Shown here piece by piece: positions 31,615 through 42,226 of a stretch of 64,000 nucleotides of DNA. Source of the stretch: a phage; assembly GCA_012557565.1 (NCBI GenBank), contig GCA_012557565.1_3926.1. One strand, 5' to 3'. The notes under the pieces were generated by a model. It saw nothing but the letters and a program-made list of their open reading frames with translations, ran no database searches and had not been told where the DNA came from. Positions within the stretch are counted from its first letter, which is position 1. The number at the start of each line of letters is the position of its first letter. A program made the translations under genes and the position numbers.

Positions 31615-33216
31615 ATGGACTTAAATGTTATTAAGCAGAAGCGAGTGGAAGATGTAAGGAAAGTCCTAGCAGGTGAGTTGGGGCTTTCTGAAGAAGTAAA
31701 AGATATTATCAAATCCTTTGGTAAAGACCCCTCTAAATTCCTTCCAACTCAAATTCTGACTTTATTAAGATACACCCCAGACCAAGTAAGACTCATCTTT
31801 AAATTGATGACTGACAAGAACTATGTAGCTCCACAGCCTGGCTCTCAAGAGGTATTCTTGAACACTAATGCTGACTTGGTACTATATGGTGGTGCTGCTG
31901 GTGCTGGTAAGACTGCTGCCCTATTAATGGACTCACTAAGGTTCATTGAAGACCCAAACTATAATGCTGTTTATTTCCGTCGAAATACAACACAGTTACA
32001 AGGTGGTCTATGGCCTGCGGCTAAGAAGTTATTTGGTAAGTTTGGTGGAGTTCCACATGAACAGAAAATGACTATCACTTTCCCTTCTGGAGCAACTATC
32101 AAGTTTACTTATTTGGAACTTGAGAAACACTCAGAAGGTCACCAAGGTATCGAATACTCAGCTATTTATTTCGACGAAGGTACACACTTCTCGGCTTCAC
32201 AGATTTCATATCTTCAGACACGTTTACGTTCTGGTGCTGAAGGTGACTCATATATGAAAATCTCAATGAACCCAGATAGAGACCACTTTATTTATGATTG
32301 GGTAGAACCTTTCCTAGATGATGCTGGATATCCAGACCCAGAGAAGTGCGGCAGGATTCGTTGGTATGTTATGAATGATGGTGTCATGGTTTCTGATTGG
32401 GATAGAGATAAAATTCTTGAAATGTTCCCTCTTGAGATTCCTCAAACATATACCTTTATTTCCGGTACAATCGATGACAACCCTATTCTAGATTTCCTTG
32501 AACCTAAGTATCGTGGTAAATTAGAAAACAACACACCAGTTAACGTTGCACGTTTACGTTTTGGTAACTGGAAAGCTCGTGCTGAAGGTTCAAACTACTG
32601 GCAAAGACAATGGTGTGAAATTGTTGATAGTGTTCCAGCAGACGTATTTGACGTAAGAGCATGGGACTTAGCAGCAACATTACCTTCTGAGGTTAACCCT
32701 AACCCTGACTGGACAGCAGGTGTTAAAATGGGTAAATCTAAAAAAGATGGTTGCTATTATGTGATTAACGTAGTAAGATTTAGAGATAGACCTTCTGGAG
32801 TTGAAACACAAATTAACCAAACTGCTGAAGGTGATGGTAAGCGCACAGGTATTTTTATCCCTCAAGACCCCGGCGCTGCTGGTAAATCCTACGCAACCTC
32901 CCTTATTAGAAAACTTGCTGAGAAAGGTTTCCGAGCAAGAGCTAAACCAACAAATAAAGATAAAGTCACCCGTTTTGCAGGTTTCTCTGCTGCTTCTGAG
33001 GCAGGACTTGTCAAAATTGTTAGAGGCTCTTGGAATGAAGCATATTTCCAAGAACTAGAAGGTTTTTGTGGTGATGGTCGTACTAAGGATGACCAAGTGG
33101 ATGCTACCAGTGATGCTTTCAACAGTCTAAACGAAGTTAAACTATTCAAGCCACCTTCAATGGGTGCTCATACAGATATTATGAAGAGTAATCCATATCA
33201 GGGGCTAAGACGATAA
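31615..33216 (+). CDS. terL: terminase large subunit
   Basis: Walker A LYGGAAGAGKT; size and position ahead of portal; start set to the ATG with SD GAGGTG (track used upstream TTG at 31600). Confidence 0.8.
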   Translation: MDLNVIKQKRVEDVRKVLAGELGLSEEVKDIIKSFGKDPSKFLPTQILTLLRYTPDQVRLIFKLMTDKNYVAPQPGSQEVFLNTNADLVLYGGAAGAGKTAALLMDSLRFIEDPNYNAVYFRRNTTQLQGGLWPAAKKLFGKFGGVPHEQKMTITFPSGATIKFTYLELEKHSEGHQGIEYSAIYFDEGTHFSASQISYLQTRLRSGAEGDSYMKISMNPDRDHFIYDWVEPFLDDAGYPDPEKCGRIRWYVMNDGVMVSDWDRDKILEMFPLEIPQTYTFISGTIDDNPILDFLEPKYRGKLENNTPVNVARLRFGNWKARAEGSNYWQRQWCEIVDSVPADVFDVRAWDLAATLPSEVNPNPDWTAGVKMGKSKKDGCYYVINVVRFRDRPSGVETQINQTAEGDGKRTGIFIPQDPGAAGKSYATSLIRKLAEKGFRARAKPTNKDKVTRFAGFSAASEAGLVKIVRGSWNEAYFQELEGFCGDGRTKDDQVDATSDAFNSLNEVKLFKPPSMGAHTDIMKSNPYQGLRR

Positions 33217-33228
33217 TAGGTAGAAAGA

Positions 33229-34695
33229 ATGGCAGATATCACAGAAACACAAGAAAGCCTTCCTCCATTCAGAATGGGTGAGGTTGGGAGTCTTGGCCTT
33301 AAAGTTCGCTCAGGAAGAATCTATGAAGAACCTAGACAGGCTTTAAGATTCCCAGAAAGTATTAAGACTTTCCAACTTATGATGAGAGACCCTTCAGTAG
33401 CAGCCTCTGTAAATATTATTAAGATGTTTGTCAGAAAGGTTAACTGGAGATTCGTACCACCGAAGGGAAAAGAGAAAGATGCCAAGATGATTGAAAGGGC
33501 TAATTTCTTTAACTCACTAATGAATGACATGGAGCACGATTGGGCTGACTTTATTAACTCTGTAATGTCATTCTGTACTTACGGTTTCTGTGTAAACGAG
33601 AAAGTTTATAAGAAACGTCAAGGTAAGAAAGGTAAGTACCCTTCAAAATATAATGATGGTTTAATTGGTTGGGCTAAATTACCAATCCGTAATCAGACTA
33701 CATTAGATAAATGGTACTTTGACTCTGACTATAGAAAAGTCATTGGTGTTAGACAGAACCTGCGTAATGTTTCCCATATTGCAGGAGCAATTAATCTTGG
33801 TGAACAACCATTGACAAGAAAGCTTCCTAGAAGTAAATTCTTATTGTTCAAATATGACGATGAGTACGGGAACCCAGAAGGACGTTCACCATTACTTAAT
33901 GCTTACGTTCCTTGGAAATACAAAGTCCAGATTGAAGAGTTTGAGGCTGTAGGTGTTTCCAGAGACTTAGTAGGTATGCCAAAGATTGGTCTTCCACCTG
34001 ATTATTTAGGTGAAGATGCAGAACCTGAAAAGAAAGCGTTTGTTAAATACTGTCAAGAAGTAGTAAATGACTTAATCGCTAACGATAGAGCAGGTTTAAT
34101 CTGGCCTAGATTTATCGACCCAGAAACTAAAGAGGATATTTTTGAGTTCTCATTAGTTTCTAGACAGGGTGCTAAAGCTTATGACACAGGTTCTATTATC
34201 GATAGATACTCTAAGCAGATTATGATGGCATTTATGTCAGACGTTCTTGCTATGGGTCAGTCAAAGTATGGTTCATTCTCTTTGGCAGATTCTAAGACAA
34301 GCTTACTGGCAATGTCAGTTGATATTCTTCTGAAACAAGTCAAGAATGTAATTAACCGTGATTTGGTTGCTCAGACTTATGCACTGAATATGTGGGATGA
34401 TGAAGAACACGTAGAAATTGTGTATGATGATATTGAGACTCCAGATTTGGAAGCTATTGCATCCTTTATTCAGAAGACCGTTGCAGTTGGTGCTCTGGAA
34501 GTTGACAAACCATTGTCTAACAAGCTTAGAGAATATCTTGACCTTGAACCTGCTGATGAGTCTAAACCAGTATCTGAGAAGCTATCTCCAAACACTCAAA
34601 GTCGTTCTGGTGATGGTTATCAAACTGCTGGAGAAGGGACTGCTAAAACTCCTTCAGCTAAAGACCCAAGTACGGCTAATAAGGCAAACAAATAA
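33229..34695 (+). CDS. portal protein (putative)
   Basis: 488-aa ORF immediately downstream of terL; no motif verified. Confidence 0.55.
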   Translation: MADITETQESLPPFRMGEVGSLGLKVRSGRIYEEPRQALRFPESIKTFQLMMRDPSVAASVNIIKMFVRKVNWRFVPPKGKEKDAKMIERANFFNSLMNDMEHDWADFINSVMSFCTYGFCVNEKVYKKRQGKKGKYPSKYNDGLIGWAKLPIRNQTTLDKWYFDSDYRKVIGVRQNLRNVSHIAGAINLGEQPLTRKLPRSKFLLFKYDDEYGNPEGRSPLLNAYVPWKYKVQIEEFEAVGVSRDLVGMPKIGLPPDYLGEDAEPEKKAFVKYCQEVVNDLIANDRAGLIWPRFIDPETKEDIFEFSLVSRQGAKAYDTGSIIDRYSKQIMMAFMSDVLAMGQSKYGSFSLADSKTSLLAMSVDILLKQVKNVINRDLVAQTYALNMWDDEEHVEIVYDDIETPDLEAIASFIQKTVAVGALEVDKPLSNKLREYLDLEPADESKPVSEKLSPNTQSRSGDGYQTAGEGTAKTPSAKDPSTANKANK

Positions 34696-35195
34696 TGGCA
34701 GAAGTTATCTCTATTTCCAATGCTACGCGAGTGCATTCTTATAGAGGTGTCTTAATTATCACTGATGAATTAACTGTAGAGGCTGGCTCAAGGGTCAGCC
34801 TTTCAGGGTATGTAAGTGATGGTGGAACCTCTGACGTTTTCACTATTTGTAGGTTACTTGATGCTCCAATGAGCGGAAAACAGTTTATTTCAAACAATTG
34901 TAACGAAATTGTTAAAATTCCATTTGACAGTTCATGCCTTTTGGGTGTAAAGTTATATAACTGTGAGAATAAACGTGTTAACGTTAATAGTGTTGAAGCT
35001 GCATTCATTACCATTGATACAGCATTTAAATCTCCAATGACAGTAAACAAAGAGTCTAACAGACTTGAGTACATTTTTTCACAAAATGATTACAAAGTAC
35101 TTGTCAAAGGTAAAGTTTATGATATGATTGTAAATGTGGTGGATGAATCTGGTAACCATTCAACAATCCTTAAACAAAAAGTAAGGTTTAATTAA
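34695..35195 (+). CDS. hypothetical head-module protein
   Basis: 166-aa ORF, start/stop overlap with portal gene. Confidence 0.5.
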   Translation: MAEVISISNATRVHSYRGVLIITDELTVEAGSRVSLSGYVSDGGTSDVFTICRLLDAPMSGKQFISNNCNEIVKIPFDSSCLLGVKLYNCENKRVNVNSVEAAFITIDTAFKSPMTVNKESNRLEYIFSQNDYKVLVKGKVYDMIVNVVDESGNHSTILKQKVRFN

Positions 35196-35527
35196 TGGGA
35201 ACATTAACGATTGATGGTAAGAATAAAATCCTAGCCACACTAACCCCAACGACTATTGTATTACACAATGTAGACCCAACGGCAGACCCTACAGCAAATA
35301 AGGTTACGCAGCCAGTGGCTATTCTATTTTCAGAACCTAATAACGGCTTAATTGCTTCAGAAGATACAGTTAATATTACTGTTCCTGCTTCTGCAACGGT
35401 TTCTCATTTTAGCCTATGGGATGACAAATCTAAGTGCGTGGCAACAGGTGCTTTAAGTAGACCTCAGTTCTTTGCTGAAGAAGGTATTTACGTTATCTCT
35501 TCAGTGTCCGTTGACTTAAACAAATAG
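35195..35527 (+). CDS. hypothetical head-module protein
   Basis: 110-aa ORF. Confidence 0.5.
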   Translation: MGTLTIDGKNKILATLTPTTIVLHNVDPTADPTANKVTQPVAILFSEPNNGLIASEDTVNITVPASATVSHFSLWDDKSKCVATGALSRPQFFAEEGIYVISSVSVDLNK

Positions 35528-35538
35528 GGTGAGTAAAA

Positions 35539-36885
35539 ATGAGTTCGAATATCTTCAGACTTGCTGATAGATTATTCAACCAACCTTTACTAGCCACAGA
35601 ATCATTAGCACACTCAGCAGCGACTTATGTAAATAACCGCTTGTTAGGTGATGTTCAAGCAGCAGTAAACTTTGATAAACCTAAAGGTGATGCAAGAAGT
35701 CTTTTAAAAGTTAAAGATGATATTGCTATTATCCCTATTATGGGTGGCCTAACACATCGTATGACCTTTATGGATGCAATGTGTACTGGTGGGCTAAGCT
35801 CTTATGAGGGTTTACGTAGAGGCTTTGACGAAGCTGTAGCAGACGAATCTATCAAGACTATCGTACTGCACGTTGATTCAGGTGGTGGTGAAGCGTCAGG
35901 TTGTTTTGAGTTGGCACGTCACATCATGGCCTGTAGAGGCAAAAAGAAAATTATTGCTTATGTAGATGAGTTTGCTTGCTCTGCTGCATATGCTCTTGCA
36001 TCTTCTGCTGAAGAAATTATTGCATCACCAGATGCAGATGTTGGTTCAATCGGTGTAATTATGGTTCACCAAGAATTGACAAAGGCTTTTGAAAAGAATG
36101 GCGTTACAATTAACGTTATTAAGGCTGGTGAATTTAAAGGTATGGGTTCTCCATTCCAAGCATTATCAGAAGAAAGCAAGAATAGACTTCAAAAGAGAAT
36201 TGATGACACCTACGAAACTTTTACTAGTTTTGTTGCAGACTCACGTAATATCTCTGAAGAAGCTGTAAAGAATACTGAGGCGAATGTTTATTCTGCTCAG
36301 GAAGCTCTTGAACTTGGTTTAATTAATTCTATCATGTCTCAAGATGATTTCTTAAATTACTTACAAGGTTCTGAAGAAGCTCCTGTAAGTTTAAACACAA
36401 ACAATTCAGGTGAAGAAATGACTGAACAAGAAAAGCAAGAACTAGAAGCTCTGCGTCTTCAGGTTGCTCAAATGAAAGCTAAGGAACAGGAAGCAGCACT
36501 TACAGATTTAACTGGTAAGATTTCTGCATATGCTGAAGCTTTTGGATTTGACGCAAAAGAAGCTGCAACAGCTATTTTAGGTGCTGGTCTTGATAACCCT
36601 CTGAGTGTTCTGTTTATGAATGCTATGGAAGGTGCTAACCAGAAACTTAATGAAACTATCGCGTCCCATGCTTCTGCCATGTCTGAGAAGGATTCTGAAA
36701 TCACTAAGCTGAAAGAAACTGCTGGTGCTGTTCTGGAACACTCAAACGCTATGGAAGAACTTGGCAATGACGGCGAAGCAGAAGTGGATGACGGTAAAGA
36801 CACCGCTCCAGAAGCAAATGCTAATGCTAACGCTGACCAACGCAAACTGGCTCTCCAGAATGCTTTGAAAACTCTTATCAAATAA
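35539..36885 (+). CDS. prohead protease (S49/ClpP-like) fused to coiled-coil scaffold-like C-terminal domain
   Basis: Segment IAYVDEFACSAAYALASSAEEIIASPDADVGSIGV resembles the S49/SppA-type serine-protease core; C-terminus is Glu/Ala/Lys-rich. Confidence 0.55.
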   Translation: MSSNIFRLADRLFNQPLLATESLAHSAATYVNNRLLGDVQAAVNFDKPKGDARSLLKVKDDIAIIPIMGGLTHRMTFMDAMCTGGLSSYEGLRRGFDEAVADESIKTIVLHVDSGGGEASGCFELARHIMACRGKKKIIAYVDEFACSAAYALASSAEEIIASPDADVGSIGVIMVHQELTKAFEKNGVTINVIKAGEFKGMGSPFQALSEESKNRLQKRIDDTYETFTSFVADSRNISEEAVKNTEANVYSAQEALELGLINSIMSQDDFLNYLQGSEEAPVSLNTNNSGEEMTEQEKQELEALRLQVAQMKAKEQEAALTDLTGKISAYAEAFGFDAKEAATAILGAGLDNPLSVLFMNAMEGANQKLNETIASHASAMSEKDSEITKLKETAGAVLEHSNAMEELGNDGEAEVDDGKDTAPEANANANADQRKLALQNALKTLIK

Positions 36886-36897
36886 GGAACACAAATA

Positions 36898-37275
36898 ATG
36901 GCATATCAAGGTTTTACACATTTAGGTAACAGAGAACCTCTTAACGATATTATCCTTTGGGAACAGATTACACCAACTGGACATTCTCGTAAAGAGTACG
37001 CTCCAGTAGCCAGCACAGAATACCGTGTAGGTGAAGTTCTGAAAGCTGATGGTACTAAGGTCGCAGCAGGTGAAGAATCTCAGGCAGACTCTGTATGTAT
37101 CGTTAACTTCTACGCAGACCTGCAACTGTCTTATCATGGTCAGTTAAAAGTCGTTGGTATCTACCGTGACGCTGAACTGAAAGACATGCTGACTTTGGCA
37201 GAAAGCGTTGATGCTGCTGCTGTCAAGACTGCTCTGAAGGCGAAAGGTATTGATTTCGTCCCAACTGGCCTGTAA
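36898..37275 (+). CDS. hypothetical head protein (decoration-protein position)
   Basis: 125-aa ORF between protease/scaffold and major capsid gene. Confidence 0.4.
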   Translation: MAYQGFTHLGNREPLNDIILWEQITPTGHSRKEYAPVASTEYRVGEVLKADGTKVAAGEESQADSVCIVNFYADLQLSYHGQLKVVGIYRDAELKDMLTLAESVDAAAVKTALKAKGIDFVPTGL

Positions 37276-37306
37276 TTAATAATAAGACATTCTGGAGAAT
37301 TTTACA

Positions 37307-38410
37307 ATGTTGACTAATTCTGAAAAAAGCAGATTTTTCCTTGCTGATTTAACTGGTGAAGTCCAGTCTATTCCAAATACTTACGGATATATCTCTGGTC
37401 TGGGACTGTTCCGTTCTGCTCCACAAACACAGACTACTTTCCTGATGGACTTGACTGATTGGGATATTAGCTTGCTGGATGCGGTAGACCGTACTAGCCG
37501 TAAAGCTGAGACTAGCGCTCCTGAGCGTGTTCGTCAGATTAGCTTCCCAATGATGTACTTCAAGGAAGTTGAAAGCATTACTCCTGATGAGATTCAGGGT
37601 GTTCGTCAGCCAGGCACTGCAAATGAACTGACTACTGAAGCAGTTGTACGTGCTAAGAAGCTGATGAAGATTCGTACCAAGTTCGATATTACTCGTGAGT
37701 TCCTGTTCATGCAAGCTCTGAAGGGTAAAGTTATTGATGCTAACGGTGTTCTGTACGCAGACCTGTACAAGCAGTTCGATGTAACTAAGAAGACTATCTA
37801 CTTCGACTTGGACAACCCGAACTCTGATATCGATGCACATATTGAAGACCTGCGTATGCACATGGAAGATGAAGCTAAGACAGGTACTGTAATCAACGGT
37901 GAAGAAATTCACATCGTTGTTGACAGAACTTTCTTCAGTAAGCTTATCAAGCATCCTAAGATTCGTGACGCATACCTTGCACAGCAGACTCCGCTGGCTT
38001 GGCAACAGATTACTGGTTCTCTGAGAACTGGTGGTACTGATGGTGTTCAGGCTCACATGAACCGCTTCTACTACGGTGGTGTTGTATTCGTACAGTACAA
38101 CGGTAAGTTCAAAGACAAGCGTGGTAAGACTCATACTCTGGTTAGCATTGACGGTGTATCTGATACTAATGTTGGTGTAGGTCACGCATTCCCTAACGTA
38201 GCAATGTTGGGTGAAGCTAACAACATCTTCGAAGTTGCTTACGCTCCATGTCCTAAGATGGGTTATGCAAACACTCTGGGTCAGGAACTGTATGTGTTCG
38301 AATATGAGAAAGACCGTGACGAAGGTATTGACTTCGAAGCCCACTCTTACATGCTGCCATACTGCACACGTCCTCAACTGCTTGTTGACGTTCGTTCAGA
38401 CGCTGAGTAA
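37307..38410 (+). CDS. major capsid protein (putative)
   Basis: 367-aa ORF after protease/scaffold and decoration-like genes; codon usage looks like a highly expressed gene; no motif verified. Confidence 0.55.
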   Translation: MLTNSEKSRFFLADLTGEVQSIPNTYGYISGLGLFRSAPQTQTTFLMDLTDWDISLLDAVDRTSRKAETSAPERVRQISFPMMYFKEVESITPDEIQGVRQPGTANELTTEAVVRAKKLMKIRTKFDITREFLFMQALKGKVIDANGVLYADLYKQFDVTKKTIYFDLDNPNSDIDAHIEDLRMHMEDEAKTGTVINGEEIHIVVDRTFFSKLIKHPKIRDAYLAQQTPLAWQQITGSLRTGGTDGVQAHMNRFYYGGVVFVQYNGKFKDKRGKTHTLVSIDGVSDTNVGVGHAFPNVAMLGEANNIFEVAYAPCPKMGYANTLGQELYVFEYEKDRDEGIDFEAHSYMLPYCTRPQLLVDVRSDAE

Positions 38411-38432
38411 TAACTTGAAAGGAGGGTTATAA

Positions 38433-38882
38433 ATGTGTTATACAGGCGACCCCGCTAATAACCCTCTTGATAGAGTTCGAATCCTCTGCACCGATACTGA
38501 CAACAATGAAATCCTCATTGACCAATCGGTGCTAGAGTGGTTCTACCAAGAATCTGGAAAGGATGAAAAGAAAGCAGCCATCAAAGCTCTTAAATATTTA
38601 CTCTTTCAAGTAGCCAAGATGGGAGATGAGAAAGTTGGTGGTGTTTATTTACGAAACTCTTCCAGATTCAAATCTCTGAAAGCTGTCTATGACGACCTAG
38701 TTAAAAGCTCTGTTAGTGGCCTCCCTTATGCGGGTGGTATTAACCAGTGTGATATTGATATGCGTCGTCAAAATCCTTGCTCTGTCAAGAAATATACTGA
38801 ATATGGCGATGCTGTTAGATACAACGGTAGAGATTACTGTGAACGTGTCAATGGTGTATTTATTATCGAGCGAGATGAATAA
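38433..38882 (+). CDS. hypothetical head-tail joining protein
   Basis: 149-aa ORF in connector region. Confidence 0.45.
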   Translation: MCYTGDPANNPLDRVRILCTDTDNNEILIDQSVLEWFYQESGKDEKKAAIKALKYLLFQVAKMGDEKVGGVYLRNSSRFKSLKAVYDDLVKSSVSGLPYAGGINQCDIDMRRQNPCSVKKYTEYGDAVRYNGRDYCERVNGVFIIERDE

Positions 38883-39364
38883 TGGTTAAAAGGGTTATTC
38901 ACCCCGCTAGAGCTAAATTAGTCGGGGCTATGAAGAACTTGCATACGGCTAATGCTCAAGTTGGGTATTTTCAGGAACAAGGTCAACATAGCTCTGGTTT
39001 TTCTTACTCTGCTTTAATGTACTTGCATGAAGTTATTGGTGTACCAGCAGCTTCAGGTAAAGTATATCGTAGGTTGTTTGAAATTACTATGATGTTACAC
39101 AGACAGACCTTGTTAGAGCAGACTAAGAAGAATCTCTATAAGCAATTAAACAGTCTTAATACTGACCCCTCAGATACTTTAGAAGCATTTGCAAAGAGTG
39201 CTCAGAAAGCAATTAAAAGAGGTTTTGGTAATACGGCTATATTGCCTCCTAACGCTCCATCTACAGTTAAAAAGAAAGGCTTCAATGCCCCTCTTGTGGA
39301 AACTGGAGATTTACGAGATAACCTTGCTTATAAAATCTCTACTAAGAAAGGTATTAAAAAATGA
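38882..39364 (+). CDS. hypothetical head-tail joining protein
   Basis: 160-aa ORF. Confidence 0.45.
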   Translation: MVKRVIHPARAKLVGAMKNLHTANAQVGYFQEQGQHSSGFSYSALMYLHEVIGVPAASGKVYRRLFEITMMLHRQTLLEQTKKNLYKQLNSLNTDPSDTLEAFAKSAQKAIKRGFGNTAILPPNAPSTVKKKGFNAPLVETGDLRDNLAYKISTKKGIKK

Positions 39365-39762
39365 GACTCTTAAATAGACACAGCTTTGTAGTTAAAAGAA
39401 AGGTATCTGAAGATGGTTATTACAATGAAGATGGTGATTGGGTAGCTTCACAGGATATTGTATCAATTAACTGTAAAGGTAATATCCAACCTTATATTAA
39501 GGGTTCTGTAAAGAATGGTACACAGATTGTTTTACCTGAAGGTATCAGATTGACAGATACAAGAATCCTTTTCACTGTAGCTGAGTTAAGAACGTCTGAT
39601 GATGTTGATTGGACTGAAGCGGATATTGTCATGATTAAGGGACACGAATACGAAGTCTTTATGACAATGGATTGGTCTGAACAATTAGCTCACACATCCC
39701 ATTATGAGTATATCATTATTAGAAGGGATAAGATGAATGCAGTTAGAAACAGCAGAACTTGA
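39361..39762 (+). CDS. hypothetical head-tail joining protein
   Basis: 133-aa ORF. Confidence 0.45.
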   Translation: MRLLNRHSFVVKRKVSEDGYYNEDGDWVASQDIVSINCKGNIQPYIKGSVKNGTQIVLPEGIRLTDTRILFTVAELRTSDDVDWTEADIVMIKGHEYEVFMTMDWSEQLAHTSHYEYIIIRRDKMNAVRNSRT

Positions 39763-40336
39763 GAAAGGTATTGTCCGAGTTTTGGTTGATGTTATTGGTC
39801 ACCGTTTAGCGAGAGACAAGAATAACAGACCAAATGTTATTAGGGCTTACCCTTCAGATAATTCCAATGATAAAGGTCTAAAACCAGACCAGCCTTTTAT
39901 TACAGTATACTGTCAAGATGCCACCACACCTTATGGTTGGGTTCTTGATAAGTTCGTGGAAGATGATGTAGTTTGTTATAGAATTGCTTTTCAGATTCCT
40001 GTACTGATTACTGTAAATGGTAAAGGTGCTCACAGTATTATGCTTGAGCTAAAACAAAGATTAGAGATGAGTACTACAAGAGATTATCTAGCTGACATGA
40101 CAGGTGCTTCAGTACTTGATACAGGGGCTATCCCAAATGATTATACTTATCTCAACACAGATTTTGAAAATTCTGCACCTCTTGTTGTAACCCTTGTAAA
40201 AAATTCAGTATTAAAAGATGAACGTGGAAGTATTATTGAACGTGTCATTGTGGATGGTGAATTGGTTTACGAGGAAGGACAGGAGCCACCAGAATATACT
40301 ATCCATCTAGATGTAGACTCCAAAGGGGTAAAATAA
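39737..40336 (+). CDS. hypothetical tail completion protein
   Basis: 199-aa ORF. Confidence 0.45.
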   Translation: MQLETAELEKGIVRVLVDVIGHRLARDKNNRPNVIRAYPSDNSNDKGLKPDQPFITVYCQDATTPYGWVLDKFVEDDVVCYRIAFQIPVLITVNGKGAHSIMLELKQRLEMSTTRDYLADMTGASVLDTGAIPNDYTYLNTDFENSAPLVVTLVKNSVLKDERGSIIERVIVDGELVYEEGQEPPEYTIHLDVDSKGVK

Positions 40337-41689
40337 ATGTGGAATCCAATTGTTAATGTAGATATTACATTGAACACAGCAGGAACTACAAGAGAAGGTT
40401 TTGGTTTACCATTATTCCTTGCTTCAACAGATAACTTTGAAGAAAGAATCCGTGGTTATACTTCATTAACAGAAGTAGCTGAAGACTTTGATGAAAGTAC
40501 TGCTGCGTATAAAGCTGCAAAACAGCTATGGAGCCAAACTCCAAAAGTAACTCAACTATATATTGGTAGAAGAACTATGCAATATACTGTTTCTATTCCC
40601 GACACAGTGGCTGAAGGAAGTGAATATTCATTGACAGTTGCTATTGGTGGTGGTGTTTCTCAGCCATTCCAGTACACTGCAAAAGAAAACGACACAGCAC
40701 TTATTGTCTTGAATGAGTTTAAATCACAGATTGAAGCAAGCCCAACAATTAAAGATGGTGTTAATGTTAGTGTAACAGGTACTGGTGCTTCTGCGGCGAT
40801 GATTATTACTAAAGCTGGTGATAACGACTTCGTAAAAGTAACGTCTATTACATCTACAACATCTATTGCAGCAACAACTGCTGACACGGCTTCCGCTGCT
40901 CTGGCATCCATTGAAGCATATTCAACAGATTGGTACTTCATCTCAGCAGAAGACAGAACTCAACAGTTTGTCTTGGCAATGGCTTCAGAGATTCAGGCTC
41001 GTAAGAAGATTTTCTTCACAGCTAATGCTGACGTTAAGGCTCTGCAAGGCACTGATTTGACCTCTGCAACAGATGTTTCGGCACAGTTAGCTAAGAGCAA
41101 GTACACTCGTACAGTTTGCTTGTGGCATCACACAGCCGAGTATGACTACCCAGAAATGGCTTACATCGCATATGGTGCTCCATATGATGCAGGTTCAATT
41201 GCTTGGGGTAACGCTCAATTAACTGGTGTTGCAGCATCTCTACAACCTGCTAACCAGAGACCACTGACAAGCATTCAGAAGTCAGCTTTAGATACCCGTA
41301 GCTGTAACTTCATTGACCTCGATGGTGGGGTTCCTGTAGTGCGTAGAGGTATCACTTCTGGTGGTGAATGGATTGATATTGTACGTGGTGTTGATTGGCT
41401 TGAATCTGATTTGAAAACATCTCTGAGAGACTTGCTAATTAATCAGAAGGGTGGTAAGATTACTTATGATGATACTGGTATTACCCGTATTCGTCAGGTC
41501 ATTGAAACATCTCTTCAGCGAGCAGTTAACAGAAACTTTTTGTCAACTTACACCGTTACTGTTCCTAAAGCCTCACAAGTTGCATTGGCAGATAAGAAAG
41601 CACGTATCCTGAAAGACGTTACCTTCCACGGTATTCTTGCAGGGGCTATCTTGGATGTTGACTTGAAAGGCACAGTGGCTTACGAATAA
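40337..41689 (+). CDS. tail sheath-like protein (putative)
   Basis: 450-aa ORF immediately followed by a 148-aa tube-sized ORF, chaperone pair and tape measure; assignment by gene order and size only. Confidence 0.4.
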   Translation: MWNPIVNVDITLNTAGTTREGFGLPLFLASTDNFEERIRGYTSLTEVAEDFDESTAAYKAAKQLWSQTPKVTQLYIGRRTMQYTVSIPDTVAEGSEYSLTVAIGGGVSQPFQYTAKENDTALIVLNEFKSQIEASPTIKDGVNVSVTGTGASAAMIITKAGDNDFVKVTSITSTTSIAATTADTASAALASIEAYSTDWYFISAEDRTQQFVLAMASEIQARKKIFFTANADVKALQGTDLTSATDVSAQLAKSKYTRTVCLWHHTAEYDYPEMAYIAYGAPYDAGSIAWGNAQLTGVAASLQPANQRPLTSIQKSALDTRSCNFIDLDGGVPVVRRGITSGGEWIDIVRGVDWLESDLKTSLRDLLINQKGGKITYDDTGITRIRQVIETSLQRAVNRNFLSTYTVTVPKASQVALADKKARILKDVTFHGILAGAILDVDLKGTVAYE

Positions 41690-41703
41690 AGGAGTAATTA
41701 GGA

Positions 41704-42150
41704 ATGGCTATGTATCAGCAATATTCCCCTAAAGATGTAGTTTGTAGCTGGAATGGCATTGCCATTGAAGGTTTTGCACCAGACTCATTCTTGCGTCTTC
41801 AGAGAACTTCTCCACTTGTTACGCCAGTTGTAGGTGCAGGTGGTCAAGTAGCTCTGACAAGAAATGCAGACAAGACAGGTACGATTGAGATTGAGCTAAT
41901 GCAGACTTCTCTATCTAACCAGATGCTTTCTGCAATTCAAGCTAAACAAGATGACATGGAACTTGAAGAAGACATTTCATCTAACTTCGTAATTTATGAC
42001 CCATCCGGTTCAGTACTGGCTACAGGTATCAATGCTTGGTTGCAAGAGCTTCCACAGATTGAACTTGGACGTGACCAGAACTCTAAAACTTGGATTTTCG
42101 GTTGTGAGAAGTTAGACTACGCTTCAACAATCCCTGCGTCAAGCGTTTAA
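41704..42150 (+). CDS. tail tube-like protein (putative)
   Basis: 148-aa ORF after sheath-like gene; strong terminator downstream. Confidence 0.4.
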   Translation: MAMYQQYSPKDVVCSWNGIAIEGFAPDSFLRLQRTSPLVTPVVGAGGQVALTRNADKTGTIEIELMQTSLSNQMLSAIQAKQDDMELEEDISSNFVIYDPSGSVLATGINAWLQELPQIELGRDQNSKTWIFGCEKLDYASTIPASSV

Positions 42151-42163
42151 CAAATCCTAATAA

Positions 42164-42198
42164 GGGGGAGACTGTAAAAGGTCTTCCCCTTTTGTGTT
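42164..42198 (+). terminator. rho-independent terminator
   Basis: GGGGGAGAC-TGTAAAAG-GTCTTCCCCC hairpin followed by TTTTGTGTTTTT. Confidence 0.6.
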
Positions 42199-42226
42199 TT
42201 TATACCAGAACTTTTAAGGAATCACA

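Noticed and set aside
37349-38377. Long antisense ORF (342 aa) inside the major capsid gene, and similar shadow ORFs inside other large genes
   Set aside because: Entirely contained within a stronger sense-strand gene (also 32680-33051, 36468-36881, 44378-44761, 6734-7090, 7094-7507, 16059-16611, 17109-17468 and others); typical frame shadows.
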